Part shown: positions 35,425 to 47,400 of the stretch, piece by piece
Layout of the letters: the number at the start of each line of letters is the position of its first letter
Numbering within the stretch: position 1 is the first letter of the stretch
DNA from: Branchiostoma lanceolatum
Lineage: Eukaryota
Direction of reading: 5' to 3'
Assembly (NCBI RefSeq): GCF_035083965.1
Contig: NC_089740.1
Span: 9,044,596-9,108,595 of the forward strand
Length of the DNA stretch: 64,000 nt
The notes under the pieces: model-generated
What the model saw: the letters and a program-made list of their open reading frames with translations, nothing else
Databases searched by the model: none
Told to the model about the DNA's origin: nothing
Translations under genes and position numbers: made by a program

Positions 35425-36525
35425 ATGTTGTTTCGAGATTTCTGAAGTCAGGGCATGGTCACCTTCGTCATACGATAGGTTGACAACTACGCTAAATTAT
35501 GGGCGTAGAGTTGTAGACATGTCGTACAACATGCAGCTGTCTTGTGAGGTTGTCGTGGACCCTTGTCAACGACCGATTCTTTCACAGCTTTGCTGAAATT
35601 CTACGACAAAAACGACGAAAGTGACCGTGTACCTGTACCCTTTGCCTTCTGTGGTACAATGTATAGCCACATTGTCATTTACACCCTGTTTTTACTAGAG
35701 GCTGCGACCTCGCTGCGACCGCTGAGCGACCGAAGATTTTACAGATAGCTCAACAAATTTCATGGATAAACTACAAATTTTCTGACATTTTGTGGGGTTT
35801 TGCTGTCTTTTAAATTACTTTACATCTTGCATCATATTCCAATTATGAAATCAAGGGATACACAAATCCAGTTTTGGTCGCTGTACCGTTGCTCAGCGAT
35901 CGCCGTAGAAGCTGAATATCCCTAGTAACTTCTAGGGTTTGAAAATGTTGTTCTCTTTTCTAAATTTTTTTTTTTAGAGAGCTATCTGACCACACTGTGT
36001 TCTATGTACGACCGGTATTTAGATGCTGGGAAATGTTTCGCTACCGTATACACCGTTCTGCTTTGGTAGACTTCTTCATCACGTACAAAGTGAAAGCGTT
36101 GTGGTAGACCAATTTACTTGGAAATTGGAAATATTTTTCTCTCCATCTTGCTTGATGGCTAACATATTTCATGAGTAAATCCGTCCTGTGTTATTGCATT
36201 CCGAAGGTCTCAGACATAATGTGCTTTAGCACATGACAGAAACTGAAGTGCTTGGAATTCTAATAGTTGTCGGGAGTATGCCTGATGTTTTCTGATATTA
36301 AACAGGATTACAGGAAAGACTGTCGGAGAAGTGTTGACTGTTGTAACGGGTGTGTTTCCATGGTTTTCAGTCATTGTAATGCTAATATTGATATCAAGCA
36401 TTAATAAAGATAAAGCACGCAGTGGAGTCAACTTGTTTCCGATGTGTTTACTTTGACTACCATTCACTGTGCTCGTATGACCATATCTGTGCGCATGTGC
36501 GTGTGTGGTTGTGCGTGTGTGTGTG

Positions 36526-36574
<49 letters not shown>

Positions 36575-37154
36575 ACGTGTGTATGCTCGAAATTTGAGTT
36601 ATGCCAATTGCTTACGAGCCGACGTTTCGGTGGCCGTCTGTCGCCTTTCTCTGGGCAATACTGACTGGTCCCATCCCACACTGCAGACTAGGTGTTGCTA
36701 ACAGTGCGGTCCCAAACGTTAAGTATTGTCATATATGCGGTTATCCAGTGATTTTTAAATCTCATTCACGGAATCAGCTTGGCTTTGCAATAAACAAACA
36801 AGCTGCTAGGGGGCCCAAACCTACACCACTTCTTCTTTACATTACAAGCTACCTGCCACCAAAAAATCAAGACCATAGCACGTCAAGGTCAAAGGATGAA
36901 AAAAAGGAAGTTCTGCTGCAATACCAAGGTCACATACTAGGGAGCCCAAAATCAACCTTGACCTTTATCTTCCCAACACTTACCCACATACCAAATGTCA
37001 TCATAATCCGCCCAGAGATTCTTGATTTATGCTGATTACAAAAATCCGGAAACACACACAAACAGACACACACGCCCAAAACTATATCTCCATTTTTATG
37101 GAGATAACAACAAGCGAGTCAAATAAACACAGTCACGTTGATGTTTTGACCCAC

Positions 37155-37346
37155 CGTGAGCACGTTGATGAGTTCCTTCTTGCTGACCGTCCCGTCGCTG
37201 TTCAGGTCGAAGATACAGAATGCCCACTTGAGTCTCTCCATGGGGGTTCCCCGCAGCATGGCGGACATGCCGCACAGAAACTCCCGGAAATCCACGCAGC
37301 CGCTCGCGTCGCGGTCAAACGTGTGGAAGATTCGTCTGGCCAGGAT
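37155..37346 (-). CDS. NCS-family EF-hand protein exon: ILARRIFHTFDRDASGCVDFREFLCGMSAMLRGTPMERLKWAFCIFDLNSDGTVSKKELINVLT (EF-hands 2 and 3)
   Basis: Minus strand. Acceptor attttacag| and donor ACG|gtgggt. Two canonical EF loops (DRDASGCVDFRE, DLNSDGTVSKKE) are spaced as in NCS proteins. Phase 0 at both ends, continuous with the flanking exons. Confidence 0.75.
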
Positions 37347-37419
37347 CTGTAAAATATCATGTATAAGTTAAAGGGTTAATGACCCACCCAAATTTGCTTA
37401 CACTGACATGATGCCTGGT

Positions 37420-37750
37420 CAGTGACCTATAACCACTGAATAAGCCACCGAGAGAGCGAAGCGATGCAACCCCAGGGTCATTGACCTGTTGCTAATGATA
37501 GTCTATGATCACCAAATAAATCCCCGAGCGAGTAAAGGGATAGAGACTGATCAATGCCTTGTAACCACCGCATCAACTACCGAGTGAATGAAGCGATAGA
37601 GACTGACCAGTGACTTGTAACCTGCGAATAAACTACCGAGTGAGCGAAGCGATATAGCCTGGTCAATGACCTATAACCAACGAATAAACCACCGAGCCAG
37701 CGAAGCGAAGACAGCCAGGTTACTGACCTATAACAATTCAATAAACTATA
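37420..37750. repeat. Minisatellite, about 62-bp unit x 5 (..aataaaccaccgagcgagcgaagcgatagagactgaccagtgacctataacc..)
   Basis: Direct repeat visible by eye. It lies immediately intron-side of the NCS exon at 37346. Confidence 0.8.
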
Positions 37751-39130
37751 TGATGATACTGGTTTGGCTGTGGAATCACATGTACAATAGGACTGTCTAC
37801 TAAGGGCCCGGTCACATTCATCGTAGGGTCATCATACGATCGCAAACTTGGTGTGTTCGTACATGTGTAGTACAAGATTCAGCTGTCATGCTATAGAAAA
37901 GGATGTCTAATATCCTTGCCCGTTGTTGCTTTGGTTCTGTCAGTCTGGTTGGAAACTCTACGGCATTGACATCGTGCATTTTATTGTACAACGACCTATG
38001 AAAATGTGACCGCACTCATATATCAATCATACATTCAAACCTAAACTTCCTATGAATTGCTTTTCCTTTCAAGACTTTCCCAGACATGTACGAGCAAAGC
38101 AGTTCCCCCGTACTCTCTGATAAGTAGCTCAAATGCCAAGAGGAAATGTTGCTTATAAAGAATTGCCTTTGGCAGGCGCACCGCGTGGAGACGTCTTTCA
38201 TCAAGGATACCTTAATCCCTGAACCTCGTCAGGGGCACACACATCCATCAACACTGCGTGCCCGGACTAACTATCCTGAACATCCTTCAACGTCTGTTAA
38301 CATGGGGACCAATTGACTTTTTGAGTTGGTTCGTTAACTGTTGAAGATTGCTGTAATCCAGAGGTCTAAAGGCTATGTGTACATCATGTGAAGACCGTTT
38401 TGTTTTGCGTGAACGGATTCAGTTCTATGTTCAACGTTTTGTTCATAAGTTAAGTTGGCAAATTCAGCGGGAGAAGTCCTTGTTTTCGATTTTTGTTGTT
38501 GTTATCATCTTACATTGATTATAGTTATGTATGTGCGATGGTCACCAAAAAAGTAAATAGATGAAATTATTGAACTAAACAAAATGGGTTCGTATTGGAC
38601 TTCGTTCAGTCATTTTAGTTGCATAAAATGTTTGGGTGCATGAAAGTTAAGAAAATATCAAATGCAAGTCGTATTCGGTGCAAAAGACATAATTATCACT
38701 GGTTTCTATCAAAGATTTTCTCTTATACTTGGCATGTTTTTATTGCAATTTACGATTAGAGACGGAAAGACTAGACGCTGACTCCATTGTTTTCCCCCTT
38801 TCATAATGACGTTCCGTGCCTGCTGTTAATCGATAAAGACGCCAAACCTTAAATCCTACTAAAGAAGCTAATACTTTGGAACTAAACCCTGGGACTTAGA
38901 AAACTCATGAATACATTTTATATATAGTGGAAGTATTAAGTGGTATTAGTGTTGAGCGTTTTCATGCCAATCACAGAATACTGTATCGCTTGCATATTCA
39001 AGGAAGTGTGACGATATGATACATGTAGTGGAGCCGGGCAGCAGTGACTGCCTTAAATACACAAAAGCAGACAGTCAACTCATACATCGTACACAACACA
39101 CAGCAATAACAGTCATGAAAAGCCCATTAG

Positions 39131-39450
39131 ATAAGATAGAATTGACAAGTCCAGAATAGAATTGAATGAGATAGAATAGAATAGATTGAAATGTATTGGA
39201 ATGAAATATAATGGAATGCAATGGAATGAGCTGGAATGAACTGGAATGAAATAAAATAGAAGAGGATGGAATGAAATAGAATAGAATAGAATAGAATAGA
39301 ATGGAATAGAATGGAATGGAATGGAATAGAATTGAATTGAATGAAGCGGAATGGAATGGAACGGAATAGAATAAAAATGGACTAGAACAGAATAGAGTGA
39401 AATAGAATAGAATAGAATAGAATACAGTAGATGTAGAATAGAATAGTTCA
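39131..39450. repeat. Pentameric satellite (GAATG/GAATA/ATAGA)n, a GGAAT-type simple satellite of about 320 bp
   Basis: Direct reading shows gaatagaatagaatggaatggaatgga... It lies in the 5.9-kb intron of the NCS gene. Confidence 0.9.
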
Positions 39451-42314
39451 GATATTTGATCTGAGCCTAATCTGCGAGCAAAAAGATGATCATATTGAAG
39501 TAGAACTGATGCTTCGTGATAATAGTTCACTTTTAATAAAGTATAGCTGCAGTACGAGATAAATCATCGTTGCACATAAAGTCTCCTGGTAACGTTGGGT
39601 AACATAAATTCGGGATTTTTCCGATAATGGTTGACTGAAATCAATCTAGCAGAACAATAAACCATCCTTTTTTTCTATAATTCTGTCAGTATCATGTACT
39701 ATCTTTGCACTAATCATATATATGGTAGATTTTGTCTCTAGTCGTGCTGACACCATAATATTTCAACTTGAAACTACCGTCCGCCGCACGCACAATAAAG
39801 GTGCTGTCGGACAGGGGGGCACATTAATTCGGGAGAGAAGATTCGTCTTGAATATCTTACCGCTAATCACATTTTATACAGCAGCTATTCGTTCCATCCT
39901 TGGCTTGAGGAGAGTGCTATGGATATAGACGTGTCCAAGTAAAAAAAATACACGAAAAAACGGCCGTACCGCACACATCAGGCCAGTTCGGGAACAACCC
40001 GTGTGTTGAGTCGGTAGAACTTCACTCAAAGTCGGCCCATCGTCATCATCGGGCAACGTGTAACGTTACATTATTCATGGGAAGTTAGCTGGATGCCGTA
40101 GCAATGGTAATACTACTTTGTCCATGTGTTCCTTGTTGTGTTAGGAGCAAACTTTGAGGAAAATATCTTCCTCAGTCCACTATCACACGCAGCATTTAGA
40201 CAAAAAAGTGTTCCTCACACACCTTTGTCGTCTGCTTGACAACAGGATTCTGGTTAACAATATGGCGGCGGGAAAATACACGTGCCGTAGGTTGTAGCAA
40301 CAGAGAGGAGTTTTGATGATTGATCACACTTAGAATCCAGTTGCAGGTTAGCAAAAGAGATTGTAATAAGTTGTCTTGTAAATAATTGTGTTGAGCAGGA
40401 ATCGGATGTGACATTTTTCTTATAAACCAGCCGACAACCATGTTGTTTAAGTCTCCCACGAAGTCCTCAGACTGTTCCAATAAGGGACGGAGAGTTTTTG
40501 ACCTCGTCGCCTTATAATCCATGCTTATCGAAGCTTTTCAGACAGTGTTCTGAATACGTAAGTCTGGCAGGTTTGCATTTCTAGCGGTATTACTTATGTT
40601 GCATCTAGCACATATCCCTAAATACCCCGTTTTCGAAAAATCCCGAATTTAAGTACCCCGCGAATTTAGGTTACCCAACGTTATATACCACAAACACACG
40701 CTTTTACCCATCATAACTCACTGTCGTCTAGAGGAGATATGAAGCAATATAAAATATATACCCCAATCCCGAAACTGTACGGAATATTAACACAATCGTT
40801 TCCATCGCTACAGATTGATGACGAATGAGATTTGATGGTGATCCCAGCGGTGAGATTATTATCCATGTAATATAACTATAATCCTTTGGTGTTAAGGCTG
40901 CGTTAGACACATATGATTGTAAACAGAATTCATCTTGTATGAGATTAACAGTGAAAGGTTACTTCGGTTCGTGGCAAGTAAAGACACGATCAGATATACA
41001 GATAAGCGTCTACACGACTTGAAAGTGGCGTATCTATTTTAAAGGTTAAGTGCCAAAATATATAAATCAGTGACGACGCTGGCTAAACATTGTATATTAA
41101 CATAATGGTTTTGAATGGATTTGTTGAGTAATACACATTTTACAGTTGCCGTTAAATTATTTTTATGGGGAAAAGTAGGCGGGTCTTGACCATTATTTTC
41201 TACAGTCCATTATAAGGGCCAGAGTTCCATGCATATGATGTATGAAAGTACGTAAGAATGGCGTACCTTAAGGGTACGTTTTAGGCCCACTATCAGTCAT
41301 GTATGTACATTAATGACTCCCTTGGTATACACCGAGTGGTCGAAAGAGGGTCTTAAATCTCCACTTTGCGCACTATTCAGGCGTCGAGAAAATCCATTAC
41401 TACAAGTTAAGGTTGAAGATCTTACCGAAGGTTGAAGAGCCGATACCCACCACTTACAATCTCGTCCTAGAGAGCAAAATGTCTATGGCGCAGAGAAAGC
41501 TTACCTTACACTATGCAGCTTCTCTACATTTGCCTTTACTAGTATATGGTGGCAGATGAAGGAATGGCTACTTTAAGTACATTGACAACATCGGGAGACA
41601 TTCAGGTAGTAAGATACGCATGGTAGCAGTTACGTATTCAGCAACTGGATAGATTTGTAAACGATCAGACCTTTCAGACAGCAGTCGCTGGCGAAATACC
41701 GCGGATTTTGTCTGAAACGTCTGACCATTTACAAAAAGTATTCAGTTGCTTGTCTTGGATAACTTTTGCATTGAGTTCTCTCCGTAACGGATAGCCTTCA
41801 TGAACGCTCAGGTGTCTAACGGACGCAATGAAGAAATAACGACTCTTGTGGGATCAGGATTCGGTAAAAACTACAGCCAATGATGGATCGTCTCCATAAG
41901 CAGTTTTGTCCATAACCGGCGCAGGAAGGGCGCAATGTTCCCAAAGAGGTAAATCTCTGGACCTTAATAGCTTTATTAAACCTTGGTGATGGATGAAGAA
42001 AGCGGGCTTTCAGTCCCTTACCGTCGCAACCGACAGGAGAGTTGCCTGCAGCAGTACAATCACCTCACCAAACTTTCCAAGGGATGTGGCGTTTTCTTAG
42101 GTTTGAACGATTCTCGTCCAAAAGATGTTGTTATTCTTTACTCATAACAGCATCGATGTGTCTTTGCCATCTTTGTCTTCTGTGGTTTTCATAAAAGACT
42201 TCTAGCACGTTGTGTGTAGCATTAAAAAAATGCTCCATTAATTGTTTCATAAGGTTGGTAGGCTATTCCAATTGGGAAATGAGTGCCCTGGGAACCAGGC
42301 TTGGAGATCGGGTC

Positions 42315-42354
42315 GTTAACCAGTTCCTTTGGGCCGCCAAAGGAACTGGCTAAC
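42315..42354. other. Near-perfect hairpin/palindrome: 13-bp arms ccagttcctttgg / ccaaaggaactgg with a 4-nt loop, extendable to 17 bp with one mismatch
   Basis: Direct inspection of gttaaccagttcctttgggccgccaaaggaactggctaac. Confidence 0.7.
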
Positions 42355-43226
42355 GGCCCAAATCTGGTCTCAGGGTAGGAAATAATATTCTAGGGTTTCT
42401 AACCTTCACAACCTTGCGGCAAGCAACAGTATAGGTGACTGGGTCCAATAGAAGAGCGGCTGCGGAAACGTTGGCTAAGTCAGAAATTCTAGTTTGCGCA
42501 AACAGAAGTCAATTCAACGAGTTCTCTTTGAGCAACCTTCAATTCCTCAACGAAGTCGTGTCACCCACTGTTTGATCTCAGTGTTGCCGTGCCCATCGAT
42601 TTATCCATCTTGTTTGCGGGGGTAGCGACCGTTGGAAGCTAACAAGCATGGATTCGGGCAAGTGATCAAAGTGGTTCCACTTCTGATGATTTAGCCTAAC
42701 GAAGACAGTACAGCTGCTGACCAAACGCTTGTAAAGCAAGTTAACGTAAAACGAACCACATAACTCTGCGGCAAAATCTTACTTCTCTATGCTATTATTT
42801 CGGTATTGGCGAAATCGAGGTTACTGCAGTGGTGGAAGTCATTAAGCCAGGAAGAAAGTAGTGGCGGCTACAAGACATCAAATTAAAGAACACCATTCAC
42901 CAGATAAATACCCTGCTTTTATTTCAGTGTGACCGCAATCGAAGTGACTACATACAGTATTGGAATCTTGCTAGGCGCTCATGAAGACATTGAGTCGATG
43001 CAACGTATCGAATAAAATAACCTCTAGTTTGCGTTTAATTAAGAAATCCCATTCTCCAACAAAACAACCGGTACTCATCGCTCTTATTTCAGTAGGACCG
43101 CAATCGAAATGACTACAGTATTGGAATCCACTAGGCCCTCATGAAGACATCGATCGGATGTAAGGAATGAAATTAAGGAAACTCTAATTTGCATTTAATG
43201 AAATTCTCCAAAATCTCGGTACTCAC

Positions 43227-43376
43227 TGCTTTAATCTTGGCGTCGCCGTGCTCAAAGTGGTTACAGTAGAAGCTGACGAACTGACCCTCTGACAGTTGCC
43301 CGTCCGGACAGTCCGTCAGGAACAGTCGGTACCACTGTTTCACCTCCGCAACTGTGAAGTGAGTCACCCTCGCCAG
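43227..43376 (-). CDS. NCS-family (recoverin/frequenin/KChIP-like) EF-hand protein, internal exon: LARVTHFTVAEVKQWYRLFLTDCPDGQLSEGQFVSFYCNHFEHGDAKIKA (N-terminal pseudo-EF-hand region)
   Basis: Minus strand. Acceptor ctgcag|CTGGCG and donor GCA|gtgagt. Matches the NCS-1 pattern [44 protein letters not shown] as recalled. Confidence 0.75.
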
Positions 43377-44460
43377 CTGCAGAGGAAGATTAAGGCAGAA
43401 ACAGTAAATGAACAGTAAATGTCCGGACAGTCCGTCAGGAACAGTCTGTACCACTGTTTCACTTCCGCCACTGTGAAGTGAGTCACCCTCGCCAGCTGCA
43501 GAGGAAGATTAAAGCAGAAACAGTAAATAACCAGTAAATGTCCGGACAGTCCGTCAGGAACAGTCTGTACCACTGTTTCACCTCCGCTACTGTGAAGTGA
43601 GTCACCCTCGCCAACTGCAGAGGTTAAAGCAGAAACAGTAAATAACCAGTAAATGTCCGGACAGTCCGTCAGGAACAGTCTGTACCACTGTTTCACCTCC
43701 GCTACTGTGAAGTAAGTCACCCTCGCCAACTGCAGAGGTTAAAGCAGAAACAGTAAATAGACAGTAAATGTCCGGACAGTCCGTCAGGAACAGTCTGTAC
43801 CACTGTTTCACTTCCGCCACTGTGAAGTGAGTCACCCTCGCCAGCTGCAGAGGAAGATTAAAGCAGAAACAGTAAATAACCAGTAAATGTCCGGACAGTC
43901 CGTCAGGAACAGTCGGTACCACTGTTTCACCTCCGCTACTGTGAAGTGAGTCACCCTCGCCAGCTGCAGAGGTTAAAGTAGAAACAGTAAATAATCAGTA
44001 AATGTCCGGACAGTCCGTCAGGAACAGTCTGTACCACTGTTTCACCTCCGCTACTGTGAAGTGAGTCACCCTCGCCAGCTGCAGAGGAAGATTAAAGCAG
44101 AAACAGTAAATAACCAGTAAATGTCCGGACAGTCCGTCAGGAACAGTCGGTACCACTGTTTCACCTCCGCTACTGTGAAGTGAGTCACCCTCGCCAGCTG
44201 CAGAGGTTAAAGTAGAAACAGTAAATAACCAGTAAATGTCCGGACAGTCCGTCAGGAACAGTCTGTACCACTGTTTCACCTCCGCTACTGTGAAGTGAGT
44301 CACCCTCGCCAGCTGCAGAGGTTAAAGTAGAAACAGTAAATAATCAGTAAATGTCCGGACAGTCCGTCAGGAACAGTCGGTACCACTGTTTCACCTCCGC
44401 CACTGTGAAGTGAGTCACCCTCGCCAACTGCAGAGGAAGGTTAAAGCAGAAACAGTAAAT
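43377..44460 (-). repeat. Satellite of 9 tandem units (114-120 bp). Each unit is a truncated copy of the NCS exon (75 nt encoding LARVTHFTVAEVKQWYRLFLTDCPD) plus its ctgcag acceptor and about 40 bp of upstream intron.
   Basis: The motif gtccggacag recurs at 43421, 43541, 43655, 43769, 43889, 44003, 44123, 44237 and 44351. Two unit subtypes exist (...gcagaggaagattaaag... and ...gcagaggttaaag...). The array abuts the genuine exon, which is the last and only complete copy. Confidence 0.9.
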
Positions 44461-47400
44461 GATATGACACTCAACAGTGAAATTCGAGAGATCAGTAGAT
44501 TCTTTTTTTTATAGTATATTATGCTTACGCCAAAAGTGGCTACTCGACCAGCTGGATTGAATTGTGAAATATCAAAATTGTATCCAGTTGCTTAACGTAA
44601 CTACTTTTGGCGAATCTTATTATCTGGATGTCTAACCTTCATCTACGTGTATTATGATTAGCTATTATAACTCTTTCTACTGAGTAGGTAAGTTGCAGTA
44701 ACTATCTAACATTCATAATTTCAGTGCACGTACATGTGTGCCGTACAAAACACCGATACACTTACGCTCGTATAAGGCTGCAATTTCATTTATCTTTAAG
44801 TTTCATTTTCATTTTCATGTAAAGAGCTAACAGCCCTAATTTTATAATTGATTTCTGTTTCTCCGGAATTGGGATTGGGAGCGTTGAAGATGTTGATAAG
44901 ATTTTTCCTTTGTTACGATTGGTTCCAACCTCTTTTTATGTTCCTCATCAATGCAGAAGACTTAATGGATTCGTCAGGAAATTGGCGTCGGCATATCACG
45001 TTTGTTAGTGTCAAACTGAACACATCTAAATCCCGCAGGTCTAATTGGACTAAATCCCGATAGCGTTGTGGAAACGCTACAAACATCGTAAACATTCGCG
45101 GCGTGTTCCGGACATCGATTTAGCTGATTGCCTCCATGTACGTTCGGAAGTGATTCGTCATTATTGATCCTGAAGAAGACGGCGACAGTGGTCGTTGAAA
45201 ATTTGATCCGTGTATACTTAAGTGTTGGAAGAAAGGTAAACATTGTACTACGATTACTACCAACACAGATGAGCTTCCATGATCGGACGGAGGTTGTGTT
45301 TTTGCAATCGGTGTGCCTGGACATTTCTAACCTTGTGTGTTGGTAGTTATTTTTAAAACGACACTTTCAGTAGAGTGGCAGGAAGTGGAAAATGATATAA
45401 CCACAAACTGGCAGAAAGCGGTGGTCAAATTTTAGGTCAAAGTTTTCACATGCTAGGCACGTCAGGGATCCTGACAGGAAGTTAGGTCAAAGGTCCTCAA
45501 AAGGTCCTTCAATACGTCATCTTACTTTCTGTCTTAAATCTCCTGCAACATGCATGTCTTTTGCCTAATGGGAGCCAGTGGGGAAGATAATGTGGACAGA
45601 ATCAGTGGACAGAAAGTTCCCAAAAATGAATAAAAAAATTCACAAGACTAGAAATATTTCACGTAGGTATGAGATCTCCGATTTGGTGTTTAGGTTAATT
45701 AGCAATGGTCAGAAATGGGCGGCAGAAGTACACTGAAATATCCTTTTACATTTTTTCGGTATAAATGATCAGATTTGCAAAGTCACAAAGAAAAATGTCA
45801 ATAACAAGCTACTGCAGGTACAGATAGATTTCACATAATTTTGAAATAACGTGTTTTCTTTTATACCTTTCTTCATAGGCCCATATTCATTATGCCCTTC
45901 ACATAGCTACGAACGTTTCTGCTGGTACTTACCTTTAGTTTTAATTTACCTCTGGTCTCACGTCTCCTTTGTAGCAATGTCATGGTCACTGTGGACTGCC
46001 TATCTTTACTTTTATGGTGCGGTGAATGATATTTATGGTTACAACATGACCGGTACACCCATTAAAAGTCGTAAACCTCAACTCAAAGACTTAGAGACGG
46101 CAAACGTATAACCCAGTCGTTGGTATTTCATGTACCGATATGTCTGTCTTACGTTACCCTGGGGGTATATATATATGTCTGAAATATTTTTCTCAGGGTC
46201 CAGATCTGCTTTGAACAGCGGGAGACGTTTGTGAGGGGGTTAAAGTTGACTCACGTTGCCGTAAACCTTCCTGTCATCCCGGCGGTTAAGCGCGTTACCG
46301 CACGCCTGTAGGAGACCGATAACCGAGCGGGAGCGCTCACGTGGGGGATTTCCCGTTTTGTCGCGGACCTCAAGCACTTTGTCCTTCTCTGAAGTTATAA
46401 CTTTTACCTTCAAAAACGCTTAAAAAAGTTTCTTCGGGGAATGTTTCCATCTATATTCCTTTGCATTGAAAGGTAATCACACCAACTGCGGCTAAATTCT
46501 GCAGTCTCTGTGTTGTGGCGAATTCCAGTGCAGAATAATAATTTCTCCTTTACAATCTGTGAATTCATTTCTGCCTTAGAGTTCTCAATAAAGTGTCTTC
46601 ATTCTGTGTCTCCATTTTTGTGATAAATGTTTATATTGATTGTTCATATAACAAACAGAAAACAACAGAAAAACAAAATGTATGGCACATACGTCAAATA
46701 TACAGTTACTAAATAACGTATACACCATATTCTGTACCAAAAACCCCTATAAAGCAAACAAACAATAATATACAATGTATCTAGATATGTGTCTCCCTTT
46801 GCGATTTTTTGCACTTAAGGATAAACTTTTCCTCTCTTTTTATTTTCCTCAATTTAGGTGATACATAATGTTTTTGAAAGTAGACGCAGTAGTGTAATGT
46901 GTCTTCGCTACGGCTCGTGGTTTCAGCTAAGCTCGCCGGGTTTTGAGTTATTTTATGTACAGAGGTTTGATGCTTGAGGTTAATGCCTGAAGCTCCCACA
47001 CACACAGGGCCGCCAGTTTTACGTCACCATCCAAAATTTAGAGTAACATGTCCGGGCTGGAGCCGACCCTACCAGGGCTGGAACCATCGCCCAAGGATCC
47101 ACAGAAGTTGCTCCACAGCTCGTAATTCTTGCCTTATCTGTGTTTTGGCGAAGTCGATCGCAAAATTTCATCTCTTTCATCCTAGACACGCTTGATGCTA
47201 TCGTGCCGTCAGTGACTCTTCGAGAATCAATGTTAAACCGTTATTAATTGGCAACGACGTTCACTTAGATAGTTATCAGGTAACTCTTACCTTCAATATG
47301 CCTACGTTTGATTTGGTTTGAATCATACTAACGTGTATGGACAGTTGTCATTTGTTATAAATCATTTTAAATAAAAAAGCTAACGGTTCTTACTTAGACC

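Larger units (their letters stand above)
29690..36610 (+). repeat. Recent tandem segmental duplication of 2 units, about 3.4 kb each, each carrying one complete FReD gene. The unit boundary is near 33096.
   Basis: Flanks, introns, (GT)n microsatellites and downstream sequence are near-identical and collinear. Compare 29690-29790 with 33100-33200, and 32091-32276 with 35563-35748. Similarity ends near 36610. Confidence 0.85.

Noticed and set aside
39075-39530. 151-aa minus-strand ORF (ILFYSILF...)
   Set aside because: It is a translation of the pentameric GGAAT-type satellite.
43173-44303. Four overlapping minus-strand ORFs of 93-121 aa with repetitive sequence
   Set aside because: They are read-through translations of the exon-derived satellite units, not independent genes. 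Only the 43227-43376 segment is a bona fide spliced exon.
46238-46300. Candidate first coding exon of the NCS gene (minus strand, ATGACAGGAAGGTTTACGGCAAC|gtgagt)
   Set aside because: The donor leaves phase 2, whereas the next exon at 43376 begins in phase 0. The peptide MTGRFTA lacks an NCS-like N-terminus. It is kept only as a CpG-island note.
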